A DNA stretch of 64,000 nt. Origin: a virus. The notes under the pieces are model-generated. The model saw only the letters and a list, made by a program, of their open reading frames with translations. It ran no database searches and had not been told where the DNA came from. Made by a program: the position numbers and the translations under genes. Below, in pieces: positions 38,001-46,274 of this stretch (position 1 is its first letter; each line of letters begins with the position of its first letter). The stretch is from IMG/VR virus record IMGVR_UViG_3300043436_003324. One strand, given 5' to 3'.

Positions 38001-38229
38001 CTTTAACAACAACACATTGAGTAATGGCTTCTTAGAAAACACAGTGGGAAATGACTTCAAAAGAAATCAAATAGACTACTCACCAAATAGTATAGATTTC
38101 ACAACGGGACCAGCAACTCACGTATACGGTGATTATAACTGTACAATATTCAAAAGACCTGATAGTACATTAAGATTATCTTACTACAATAACTCAGATG
38201 TATTAAACATAACAAACATTGACGCATAA
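35008..38229 (+). CDS. Long fibre/adhesin with Asn-rich 11-residue solenoid repeats and an inserted globular module
   Basis: KISDLP N-terminus; GRITERIDEFNNRTDYDHR block identical to the 30811 gene; dozens of N-x-I-G-N-x-F repeats. Confidence 0.75.
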   Translation: MANKKISDLPYVGNTGYTSIDIIPIVNYDVPTGTTKHTPILDFASYILSATPVSYSSLFTLMFTSNLTQGSYYLIEDFKTCYDQPDFDYNGNPITSGNYKQGPVEPIVVLATSINTISPVAYQPIHPNDFIRYDIMYNTTEVTNGVAFGRITERIDEFNNRTDYDHRNILFKRYKLFTYRDELRLNGTIELLSNGTVNGVDTSFTSLSVGDVIYIPNTYPSYYEITGITDNVTMNVSGDTITAIGAGQSFYLTIEETNGNGYFSHKRTNVRSNDYEQYTTFGDAILNDYAKNNYIGNYTNNYTNVSSGTFLLPNNVFLEGQYESNKFGDYCYNNTFGTDNQNNVWGDLCYNNVSTNDIDDNIIGNNFHDNLINANLISNHIGNDFNNNQLLGENSNVNDFQDNIIGNGFSNNLIYSEFYKNEILDDFQDNLIGDFGNLDNFEFYRNYIRNGFGKNTVRQNFQNNQIGTNYQENTINGSSQGNTILNGFNKNKIGSDFNVNLIGNGFNYNTVNDSFYNNETKYYFNGNIIPNQFFNNKIGQYFENNQPINTLFGWGDLSNITGRTYDIFNDSLGGSIDYRILGKELVMKVTSTSQYFKIKFNQWTLDGNGGGFQYERTEMDSLGNNIGPTVTFTKRNGVNDIDIIIPGVLEIARDNSGAIYNIATEGSWNSSVSPQDTEWNSVYTEPNSGVRFSSNKIGDFFIENKFDNDFGYGASQNQGNVINDSFQKNLIGQFMYNNVIGNYFTNNIIGDNFEANSINNYFNSNSIGNAFENNTIKNYFIGNSILNGFESNEIGNYFGNDGSGPGSPVQNIIFSDFKYNKIGNFFGNDTNFPSVGGGTNGDGGNIINTGFQFNVIGDNVLFNALNLNFTNNKIGNDFWFNVFGQNTSDNTIGNLFVGNSGIGGFPTEIGGNFISNNLGNYSSFNEIDTNFQYNKIGNFFGNAGGGTQNIISTGFNNNNIGNYFGDDGSQISGGNNIGINFTLNEIVSLFYSNTIGDDFNNNTLSNGFLENTVGNDFKRNQIDYSPNSIDFTTGPATHVYGDYNCTIFKRPDSTLRLSYYNNSDVLNITNIDA

Positions 38230-38258
38230 TAATAAAAAAATTAAAAAATAAAAATAAA

Positions 38259-38645
38259 ATGGCAAGTGCAAATTTTAATAAACAAATACTTTCATCAAAT
38301 TATAAAAAACAAAATACTGAATATTTTTTAGATGATGTAATAACAAAAGATTTTAACGGTCCTTATTCGTATCGTTTTACTAATGAAGTCCCTAATGGTG
38401 TAACATTATTTAAAGATAAATTAACAATAGCGGAAAGATTAACTTTTGTTTTGTCAATAACAGTAAATGCTGGAGATAAAAATAACCCTACATCTGCTAT
38501 AGCAACAACAAACGTAACTATTGACACCACAAAAGATTATGCTAAAGAGGTGGAAATTCTATTGGACAATCCAGGAATAACTCAAAAAGTAACTGACACT
38601 AAAAATAAATGGACTTCAATAATTAATGGTCAAGAACCTGCTTAA
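38259..38645 (+). CDS. Hypothetical protein (128 aa)
   Basis: ORF with A-rich leader. Confidence 0.6.
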   Translation: MASANFNKQILSSNYKKQNTEYFLDDVITKDFNGPYSYRFTNEVPNGVTLFKDKLTIAERLTFVLSITVNAGDKNNPTSAIATTNVTIDTTKDYAKEVEILLDNPGITQKVTDTKNKWTSIINGQEPA

Positions 38646-38714
38646 ATTATTTTGAAACATTAAAAAATGATTCGGAAATAGTTGGTCCAGTAACTCCTCG
38701 TGGTTAAAATTTAA

Positions 38715-38746
38715 TTGACTTAGACGGATAAAAAATATATATTTAT
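38715..38746 (+). promoter_or_regulatory. Sigma70-like promoter overlapping a TATTTAT motif upstream of the DNA polymerase
   Basis: TTGACT 38715-38720, 17 nt, TATATT 38738-38743; TATTTAT 38740-38746. Confidence 0.55.
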
Positions 38747-38807
38747 TAATGTAAGGTAAATGTCATCTTTGTATGATAGATAATAAACCAAACTTTAAAA
38801 AAAATAT

Positions 38808-41741
38808 ATGATATCACAAGAAGAAATTAAGTCATTTCTAGAAGGAAATGATTCGGAAGAGCACATCGTTGCGATTGAGTTTGACTACGTGTCGGACCAT
38901 ATTTATAAAATCAAAGAAATACCGGGAAAAGGAAAATCTATTGTAAGAGATAGTTTGATCGCATTTGCTTGGGTAGGAGACCTAAAAGGGTTAAACTTTT
39001 ATCAAGGATCTAAAGCACTACAAAAAGAGGCGATGTCTAAGTACGGAATTGTAATAGATAAATTAAGAACTGATGGAAATGAAAGATTAGAAAATGGTCT
39101 AACATTTATGGTTAAGTCAATGAAAGGTTATCGATCTCTAACACAATTTTTTCGTGATGGAGGTATTGATCCTTGGGGTGAAAATACAAAAAATAAATTT
39201 TTAATGTTACCCCCTGTCGAACAGTACCTCATCTCAAAAGAAAAAAGATTGTTCAAAGGATTTGAGGAATATAATGATATCACTAGATTTGGATTTGACC
39301 TTGAGACAACCGCATTAGAACCAAAAGACGGTCGTATCTTTATGATTGGAATGAAAACCAATAAAGGATTCCTAAAAGTTATTGAATGTAAAGATGAAGA
39401 TGATGAAAGAAGTGGTCTTGTTGAGTTCTTCAGAACAATAGACGAACTTAAACCATCAATTATTTCAGGATACAATTCAGCAAATTTTGACTGGTTTTGG
39501 ATATTCGAAAGATGTAAGGCTTTAAATCTTGATATTAAAAAAATAGCAAAGTCCCTTAACCCAAAAAGAACAATATCCCAAAAGGAATCAATGTTAAAAT
39601 TAGCAAATGAGGTTGAGAAATTTAATCAGGTTCAGTTGTGGGGATATAATGTGATTGATATTATCCACTCTGTTCGTAGAGCTCAAGCAATCAATTCAAA
39701 TATTAAAGAGGCGGGATTGAAGTACATTACCAAATTTATAGATGGTGAGGCTAAAGATCGTATATATATTGACCACACAAAGATTGGTCCTATGTACGCT
39801 GAAAAAGACGAGTATTGGTTAAACACTGAAAATGGTAAGTATAAGAAAGTTGGTATTGATTCTAAAATTGATGAGGTTTGTTTTAGACGAGGAGACATTT
39901 ATATAAAAACAACTGGGGACGATATAGTTGAGCGTTATCTTGACGATGACCTTGAGGAAACCTTGATAGTGGATGACGAGTTCAATCAAGGAACTTTCCT
40001 ACTTGCGTCTTTAGTTCCAACAACATATGAAAGGGTCTCAACAATGGGGACCGCAACATTATGGAAAATGATAATGCTTGCTTGGTCATATAAGTTTGGT
40101 TTGGCAATTCCTAAAAAAGAAGAACAAAGAAGATTTGTTGGTGGGTTATCACGATTACTTAAAGTGGGTTATTCAAAAGACGTGTTAAAACTTGACTACT
40201 CATCACTATATCCGTCTATTCAGTTGGTACACGATGTATTTCCTGAATGTGATATTACGGGGGCGATGAAAGGTTTATTAACATTTTTCCGTAATTCTCG
40301 TATTATGTATAAGAATTTGGCTTCGGAATATAAGGGTATTGATAAAAAGAAATCATTGTCATTCGATAGAAAACAATTACCAATTAAGATTTTTATTAAT
40401 GCATTCTTTGGTTCCTTATCGGCACCTCAAGTATTCCCGTGGGGGGATATAAATATGGGCGAACAGATCACTTGTACAGGAAGACAATATCTTCGTCAGA
40501 TGTTAAAGTTCTTTGTTAAAAGAGGATATACCCCACTTGTATGCGATACGGACGGTATGAACTTTTCATTACCTGAAGGTGGTGTGGATCATAAAGTTTA
40601 TATCGGTAAAGGATTAAATTGGTTGGTTAAAGTAGGTGAAGAATATAGAGGTTATAATGCTGATGTTGCAGAATTTAATGATACATTCATGAAAGGTGAA
40701 ATGGGTCTTGATTGTGATGGTACGTGGGACTCTTGTATAAACTTAGCACGTAAGAACTACGCAACTATGGAACATAACGGTAAAATTAAATTAACGGGTA
40801 ATTCAATCAAATCTAAAAAAATGCCAAAGTATATTGAGGTTTTCTTAGATAAGGGGATAAGACAACTTTTAGAGGGAGATGGTCAATCTTTTGTGGAATA
40901 CTATTATGAATACGTACAAAAGATATTCGACCAAAAAATTCCATTAATGCAAATTGCGTCTAAATCAAGAATAAAACAATCAATTGATGATTACATTAAA
41001 CGAAGTAAACAAACAACTAAAGCCGGATCACTTATGTCAAGACAGGCTCATATGGAACTTGCAATACGTGACAATCTTAATGTAAATTTGGGTGATATAA
41101 TCTACTACGTAAATAACGGAACTAAGGCCTCACACGGAGATGTTCAAAAAGTTAATAAACCAAAGGCCGGTTGGAATGATGATCAGATAAATTTATTTTA
41201 CTCTGATTCTACAAAATCTAAAGTATCTTATAAAGAAAAGGAAACTTTACTACTTAATAATGGTTGGGAAAAATCTTGGTCTGAAGATAATTGGGTACGT
41301 AGTAATTCTAAAAATAAAGAAGCAAATACCGGAATACCAACAGATATGGCATATAAACTTGCTACAACAGATTCTGTTGTCCAGTTAAACTCATACATGT
41401 TAAACCCATCAGACATTGAAAATAATCCTGATATGTTAGGGGAATACAATATCCAAAGGGCGATTGCAACATTTAATAAAAGGGTCGAACCTTTATTAAT
41501 AGTTTTTAAAGAAGAAGTGAGAGATGGATTATTAGTTAAGAATCCTGAAGAAAGAGGGTTCTTTACAAAAACACAATGTGAGTTAATTAATGGTGTTCCG
41601 TTTGAAGAAAAGGACCAAGATGATATTGAAGAACATTTAATTAAACTGGAAGATGGTGAAATAGAGTTTTGGGAAAAGGTTGGTATTGACCCTAACTATA
41701 TGTATGAATTGGCAGAACCTGGATGGGAAGAGTTGGTTTAA
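38808..41741 (+). CDS. polB: DNA polymerase family B with 3'-5' exonuclease
   Basis: FDLETT, GYNSANFD, YLDDD (Exo); LDYSSLYPS (A), KIFINAFFG (B), CDTDG (C), KNYA, GNSIKSK. Confidence 0.95.
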   Translation: MISQEEIKSFLEGNDSEEHIVAIEFDYVSDHIYKIKEIPGKGKSIVRDSLIAFAWVGDLKGLNFYQGSKALQKEAMSKYGIVIDKLRTDGNERLENGLTFMVKSMKGYRSLTQFFRDGGIDPWGENTKNKFLMLPPVEQYLISKEKRLFKGFEEYNDITRFGFDLETTALEPKDGRIFMIGMKTNKGFLKVIECKDEDDERSGLVEFFRTIDELKPSIISGYNSANFDWFWIFERCKALNLDIKKIAKSLNPKRTISQKESMLKLANEVEKFNQVQLWGYNVIDIIHSVRRAQAINSNIKEAGLKYITKFIDGEAKDRIYIDHTKIGPMYAEKDEYWLNTENGKYKKVGIDSKIDEVCFRRGDIYIKTTGDDIVERYLDDDLEETLIVDDEFNQGTFLLASLVPTTYERVSTMGTATLWKMIMLAWSYKFGLAIPKKEEQRRFVGGLSRLLKVGYSKDVLKLDYSSLYPSIQLVHDVFPECDITGAMKGLLTFFRNSRIMYKNLASEYKGIDKKKSLSFDRKQLPIKIFINAFFGSLSAPQVFPWGDINMGEQITCTGRQYLRQMLKFFVKRGYTPLVCDTDGMNFSLPEGGVDHKVYIGKGLNWLVKVGEEYRGYNADVAEFNDTFMKGEMGLDCDGTWDSCINLARKNYATMEHNGKIKLTGNSIKSKKMPKYIEVFLDKGIRQLLEGDGQSFVEYYYEYVQKIFDQKIPLMQIASKSRIKQSIDDYIKRSKQTTKAGSLMSRQAHMELAIRDNLNVNLGDIIYYVNNGTKASHGDVQKVNKPKAGWNDDQINLFYSDSTKSKVSYKEKETLLLNNGWEKSWSEDNWVRSNSKNKEANTGIPTDMAYKLATTDSVVQLNSYMLNPSDIENNPDMLGEYNIQRAIATFNKRVEPLLIVFKEEVRDGLLVKNPEERGFFTKTQCELINGVPFEEKDQDDIEEHLIKLEDGEIEFWEKVGIDPNYMYELAEPGWEELV

Positions 41742-42082
41742 GATATTTTTAAACCATCTGAAGATAAGATATACCAATTACCTTGAACAAATTGGAATTG
41801 GACACAAGATCCTTTTTCTAAAAGTAATTCATCCCACTCTTCATCTATCATACCCATATCAGGTTTTACTAAAACTGAAGTTAATGATTTAACAACAATT
41901 CTTTTTGTAACCGTAGAATTTAAAGTTACCTCAGAATTTGAAACTCCTCTTACTATTAAGAGGGTTTCATCGTTTGTGGTGTACTTATCTTTAGAAATGA
42001 TTAACGACTTGTCTTGTTCTTTTGGTGGATCAATAGACGTTTGATATTTAATAACATTTTTTCTTTGTGGTGTATTTGTCAT
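41738..42082 (-). CDS. Small beta-rich hypothetical protein, possibly neck/collar-associated
   Basis: Coupled to the neck gene; ends VQFQFVQGNWYIL. Confidence 0.55.
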   Translation of the reverse strand: MTNTPQRKNVIKYQTSIDPPKEQDKSLIISKDKYTTNDETLLIVRGVSNSEVTLNSTVTKRIVVKSLTSVLVKPDMGMIDEEWDELLLEKGSCVQFQFVQGNWYILSSDGLKIS

Positions 42083-43206
42083 ATTACATAAATTTGTCTT
42101 GGCATGGCTCTAAATTTAAGAGTCTTGTTTAAGTTTTCCGCAATTAACGCTTCTCTTTCCATTACCTTTTCCGGTTTTAATCTTGTGAGTCTACCTTCAG
42201 TACCAATCAATTCGTCAAGTAATTTAGTTTTTTCATCTTTACCTTCCGTAGCCAATGACTGATAATCCATAGTAAGATCACCATCAGGAGCCTTTAAATT
42301 ACCACTAAACTTACCTCTTACTTTTGATAATAATTCTTTCGCCGACGCCACAAACCACCTTCTAACCCAAATTTGTGACGGGTTATTTAGTTCGGTCCAA
42401 CTTACTCTTTCAAAGGGAACATCAGAAGGCATTTTAATTATATCTGGATTCTCTTTTAAACATCTGTCTCTATCGTTTTCGTTTGTTGGATAATACCAAT
42501 ACCAAACCTTACCTTTTGCTAATGTTGAGTTACCAAAATCAAATTTACTACCGGGAGTATTCATTAAGTGAATTGCCTTTTTACCTCCAGGTAATGCGGT
42601 AATCCTATACGTCAAATCCCCAACAATAATTCTTCTTTGTATATTAATTTCTTGCATTCTTAATAACATATCAAAAGCCGGCATCATAAAGTAACTACCT
42701 GCCATATTACCCATTTGAGCAAGACCTCCACCACCTCCAAGTCCACCACCGACACCTAAAGAACCAAAAGACCATGGATCAAACATTGTATTGTTTAAGG
42801 TTGCAGGACTGAACCATAAAAGTTCATTAATTTCTCTACCTGCAGGTATTTCATATATTTGTTGATTAGGAACTAATTGGATGTAATCTTTTTTCATTAC
42901 AGAATCTCCTCCTGCCTGTAGTCCTACAATTTTAGAATATGCGTAAGTGTATCTTGTTTCATAATCTAAACTTTTTGTCATAAATGCGTTAGACAATGAT
43001 TGGGTCTCAACATTAAGACCCCAAAGACTTGTCCACTGACTCTCAATTAACCAATCTTGGATGTACTGAGAGTAGTCCTCAATAGAGAACTCTAATAAAG
43101 TGTCTAACTGTTCATCCTCAAGTTCAACAGATCTTAAAGGTGCTCCCAAGACATGTCGTACTCTCGTATATAGTCTTTCTCTTTCTTCATTACTTATTAT
43201 CGACAT
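42079..43206 (-). CDS. Neck/head-tail connector protein (T4 gp13-like)
   Basis: VRHVLGAPLRSVELEDEQLDTLLEFSIEDY N-terminus; WVRRW..A.AKE.L..VRGKF.G..L.PDG C-terminus. Confidence 0.75.
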   Translation of the reverse strand: MSIISNEERERLYTRVRHVLGAPLRSVELEDEQLDTLLEFSIEDYSQYIQDWLIESQWTSLWGLNVETQSLSNAFMTKSLDYETRYTYAYSKIVGLQAGGDSVMKKDYIQLVPNQQIYEIPAGREINELLWFSPATLNNTMFDPWSFGSLGVGGGLGGGGGLAQMGNMAGSYFMMPAFDMLLRMQEINIQRRIIVGDLTYRITALPGGKKAIHLMNTPGSKFDFGNSTLAKGKVWYWYYPTNENDRDRCLKENPDIIKMPSDVPFERVSWTELNNPSQIWVRRWFVASAKELLSKVRGKFSGNLKAPDGDLTMDYQSLATEGKDEKTKLLDELIGTEGRLTRLKPEKVMEREALIAENLNKTLKFRAMPRQIYVI

Positions 43207-43236
43207 AATGGTTGTTTTTATATAAATATCTTTATA

Positions 43237-45363
43237 TTAATTAATAAGTTGATATAACTCTTCATTGTAATACTTGATCATTTCAGTTATATTTTCAGAA
43301 TCGCCAAGTTCACGTAATTTATCTTTATAATATTGTATCCTTTCTCTATAGTACTCAATTTCTGTTTGGGTGTCTCTTGTAAGTTTAAGTTTTGATTCTA
43401 CCTTATCAGGCTCGACTATAACCTCAAAATCCATATTTGTTTTTAAAGGATTCTCGTAATATATTACAAAAAATTTAGGGAATGTTGTTGGGTTCGCAAC
43501 TGTTTGAATTCTCGCAAAATCATTTCTAAACATAACAAATTTTTCTTTTGGTCTATCAACATATAAAATAACATCAACGTTACTTTCAGTATATTTAGAA
43601 TGGTAATGCCAAGAAGGTACCTTATAATAGTATCCCCTCTCTGACCCAATCTTTTCAATTTTTTTATAATCAATTGGCTTTACCTGAATGTAATATGAGA
43701 CATTATCAATAACAACATCAAAGTCTTGACCTAATTTTCTATCCCTAACATCCCCAGCACACCTTTCTATAATATTCCAAGTAAGACCTTCCTCTTCAGG
43801 GTTTAACTTAAATGAAGTAACTAAAACTGACTTTGCATAATTCTCATTTGCTCTACCGTCAACTATTGTTTTTACGTTTAGATTCACCAATCTTTCAGTA
43901 AATCTTCCTTCATCCCCAACCAGTTCTCCCATGTTATTTGTAATCCATGTTCTAAAATTTTCTACGGAATTAGTTTCCTCTGACCAAATTTTTTGAATCT
44001 CTTTATGTACGGAACTATTCGTATCAAATCTATTTATAATAGACCAATTACCAATACCTCCATAATTTTGCTCAGTATATTTACCACCAATGATCCCTTC
44101 ATCAGTTTTACATTGTTCTGTCTCAATTTTTCCTAAACAACCGTTTGTGTGTTTTAAACCATCACATTTAGGGTAAGCATCGTTTATTAAACCTCTAAAA
44201 GATTTTGAGGTTAATGGGAAGACCTCTTTAGCTTCAGATAAAATAGAATCCTCAGTTAATGACTCATTTATGTTTTTTGTCCTACTTAAGTACAATTCAT
44301 TAACAAATTCCCAATTAACACTATTCCAAAAATTTTTAATGTATTCATCCCTTTTATTTTGATATTTTAAATAATACGAATGCTCCCAAAGATCAAGACC
44401 AAGTAGTGGATAACCACCGTCTTTTATAACGTTCATTAATGGATTATCTTGATTTGGTGTAGACATAATTTTTAATCTATTTGTCTTTGTTAAGAATAAC
44501 CAAACCCAACCAGAACCAAACCTTTTCTTTGCAACATCATTAAACTCATCTTTCATTTTTTTAATGTTACCGTATTGTTTGTTGATCTTTTCAAATACCT
44601 CTCCTTTAGGTATCTGTTTCTTTGGGGACAACATTTTCCAAAATAATGCGTGGTTAAATGCACCTCCGGCATTATTTCTTATGGTGTCATCATATTTACC
44701 AATTGATTTAATAATATCTTCTAACTCTAAATCACCATATTTTTTTTTAGATAAAGCGTCATTAAGTTTTTTTACATATCCTTTATAATGTTTATTATAG
44801 TGGATATCCATAGTTTTTGGATCAACAAATTGTTTTATTGCCGAATATGAATAAGGTAATTTATCAATACCAATCTTTTTCATTTCCATAATAAAGTTAT
44901 TTTTTATATTAACTTTATCGTAGATAATAATTTCCTCTTTTAGTAAATCAATTCTTTTATAGATTGTGCCGTACCCTTCATATATTATATTATCTAAATC
45001 AGGATTTTCTTTTTCAAAAGATTTAACTAAAGATCCTGACAATGAATTTGCTTCATCTTCATTTTGACCTCCGATATCTGGTCCCCTATCTCTGCCAATA
45101 ACATTTCTTTGATATGAATGAACCCATTCGTGAGCCAAAGTTCTTAAGATATCCCTATTCATTCTATTATTTATTAATACCTTAATACCCTTTTCTTTAT
45201 GTTGACTACCTGTTGTCATTCTGCCAATTTTTTCACCCATAAGATGGATAGTAATATCCTCTTTTAATTTGTGATTTTTTTGTAAAAATTTACAAAACTT
45301 CTTTAATAGATCGTTTTTCTTATCATCTATATTTGCCCCTATGTTTTTAAAAGTAACTTTCAT
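43237..45363 (-). CDS. Three-domain fusion: zincin-like HExxH domain, Fe/Mn superoxide dismutase, PD-(D/E)XK-like domain
   Basis: TLAHEWVH...EDEAN; IHYNKH, FNHALFW, FGSGW, PNQD, DLWEHSYY (all four SOD ligands); G..E..A...D..LGQD.D...IQVKP. Confidence 0.85.
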   Translation of the reverse strand: MKVTFKNIGANIDDKKNDLLKKFCKFLQKNHKLKEDITIHLMGEKIGRMTTGSQHKEKGIKVLINNRMNRDILRTLAHEWVHSYQRNVIGRDRGPDIGGQNEDEANSLSGSLVKSFEKENPDLDNIIYEGYGTIYKRIDLLKEEIIIYDKVNIKNNFIMEMKKIGIDKLPYSYSAIKQFVDPKTMDIHYNKHYKGYVKKLNDALSKKKYGDLELEDIIKSIGKYDDTIRNNAGGAFNHALFWKMLSPKKQIPKGEVFEKINKQYGNIKKMKDEFNDVAKKRFGSGWVWLFLTKTNRLKIMSTPNQDNPLMNVIKDGGYPLLGLDLWEHSYYLKYQNKRDEYIKNFWNSVNWEFVNELYLSRTKNINESLTEDSILSEAKEVFPLTSKSFRGLINDAYPKCDGLKHTNGCLGKIETEQCKTDEGIIGGKYTEQNYGGIGNWSIINRFDTNSSVHKEIQKIWSEETNSVENFRTWITNNMGELVGDEGRFTERLVNLNVKTIVDGRANENYAKSVLVTSFKLNPEEEGLTWNIIERCAGDVRDRKLGQDFDVVIDNVSYYIQVKPIDYKKIEKIGSERGYYYKVPSWHYHSKYTESNVDVILYVDRPKEKFVMFRNDFARIQTVANPTTFPKFFVIYYENPLKTNMDFEVIVEPDKVESKLKLTRDTQTEIEYYRERIQYYKDKLRELGDSENITEMIKYYNEELYQLIN

Positions 45364-45386
45364 TAAAAATAAATATCAAAAGAAAT

Positions 45387-45413
45387 AAAAAACCCCACCG
45401 TTATGGTAGGGTT
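45387..45413 (-). terminator. Intrinsic terminator
   Basis: Minus-strand AACCCUACC/GGUGGGGUU stem plus U-run. Confidence 0.75.
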
Positions 45414-45845
45414 ATAAGATGAGAATATATTTTTTATTGTTTTTTTTCTTTAATTTTTGAATCTAATTTATCACAACGAGAATCTAAATTCCTTTGTAAT
45501 AGTGATAATTCATTTTGAAGTACTCTTTCGGTTTCCATAAACCTATAGTTTACCTGATCACCGTGATCATTTAAATTTGTTGATAATTCTTTATGCAATC
45601 TTTCAACATGATTGTTTAATTCAGAGATAGAGTTTACTCTTTCCCTTTCAATGTGGTCAATATAATCATGAAATGATTTAACCTCTGTAAAAAATGTGTC
45701 TTTACCAACCTTACCTTTTAACTTTAAAAACATAACCACAACTGAAGTAACAACTGCAACTACACCCAAAGTAGATAAAACTGATAGTAAAATAACTATT
45801 CCCATAATTTCTTTTTTTTTTAATGTTTATTAATTCTCATCTTAT
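45414..45845. repeat. Perfect 13-bp inverted repeat bracketing the 123-aa gene
   Basis: ATAAGATGAGAAT 45414-45426 and ATTCTCATCTTAT 45833-45845. Confidence 0.85.
45434..45805 (-). CDS. Small membrane protein: N-terminal TM helix plus coiled coil
   Basis: MGIVILLSVLSTLGVVAVVTSVVVMFL followed by KLKGK and heptads. Confidence 0.7.
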   Translation of the reverse strand: MGIVILLSVLSTLGVVAVVTSVVVMFLKLKGKVGKDTFFTEVKSFHDYIDHIERERVNSISELNNHVERLHKELSTNLNDHGDQVNYRFMETERVLQNELSLLQRNLDSRCDKLDSKIKEKKQ

Positions 45846-45878
45846 TAATATGATAACATATTAATTATTTTAATAAAC

Positions 45879-45904
45879 AAAAAACCCCACCTGTTAAGAT
45901 GGGG
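45879..45904 (-). terminator. Intrinsic terminator
   Basis: Minus-strand CCCCAUC/GGUGGGG stem plus UUUUUU. Confidence 0.75.
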
Positions 45905-45928
45905 AATATTAAATATTTTTTATTTTAT

Positions 45929-46234
45929 TTAGTATCTTCTTCTATTTAAAGATCTTCTTCTTGATTCTGCTTGTATTCCTTTTTCGTCCATAAGACCTTT
46001 TAATGCATTTGCAATATCCATTACTTGTTGATTTGCCTTTTGAAATTCATCAAAACACGATTTAATATTAGATGAAATTTCTCCTGTTGAGGTGTCTGTA
46101 CTTGGTTTACATGCTTCAGGAATATTTGAATATCCTTTTTCTTTAAAGATTGAGGTTAGTTCACTTTCTTCTTCCTCTTCTCTTAAAATTCTTCTTAAGA
46201 TATTCTCTATTTTTTTTGTACTATATCTATCCAT
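45929..46234 (-). CDS. Small hypothetical protein, candidate internal head protein
   Basis: IENILRRILREEEEESE leader; late motif 46250-46256. Confidence 0.55.
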   Translation of the reverse strand: MDRYSTKKIENILRRILREEEEESELTSIFKEKGYSNIPEACKPSTDTSTGEISSNIKSCFDEFQKANQQVMDIANALKGLMDEKGIQAESRRRSLNRRRY

Positions 46235-46274
46235 AATTAATTTTTTATTATAAATATCACATACATTTAAAATA

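Noticed and set aside
30811-38229. Possible diversity-generating retroelement between the paralogous fibre genes
   Set aside because: The shared segments differ at all base types, not only adenines; no near-identical TR/VR pair and no reverse transcriptase in the window
38646-38706. Relatively GC-rich stretch after the 128-aa gene (alternative frame reads ETLKNDSEIVGPVTPRG), considered as tRNA remnant or frameshift extension
   Set aside because: No cloverleaf, no start codon or slippery site identified; too short to support
41150-41400. Insertion in the PolB C-terminal region as a possible intein
   Set aside because: No N-terminal Cys/Ser splice motif, no His-Asn end and no LAGLIDADG; too short
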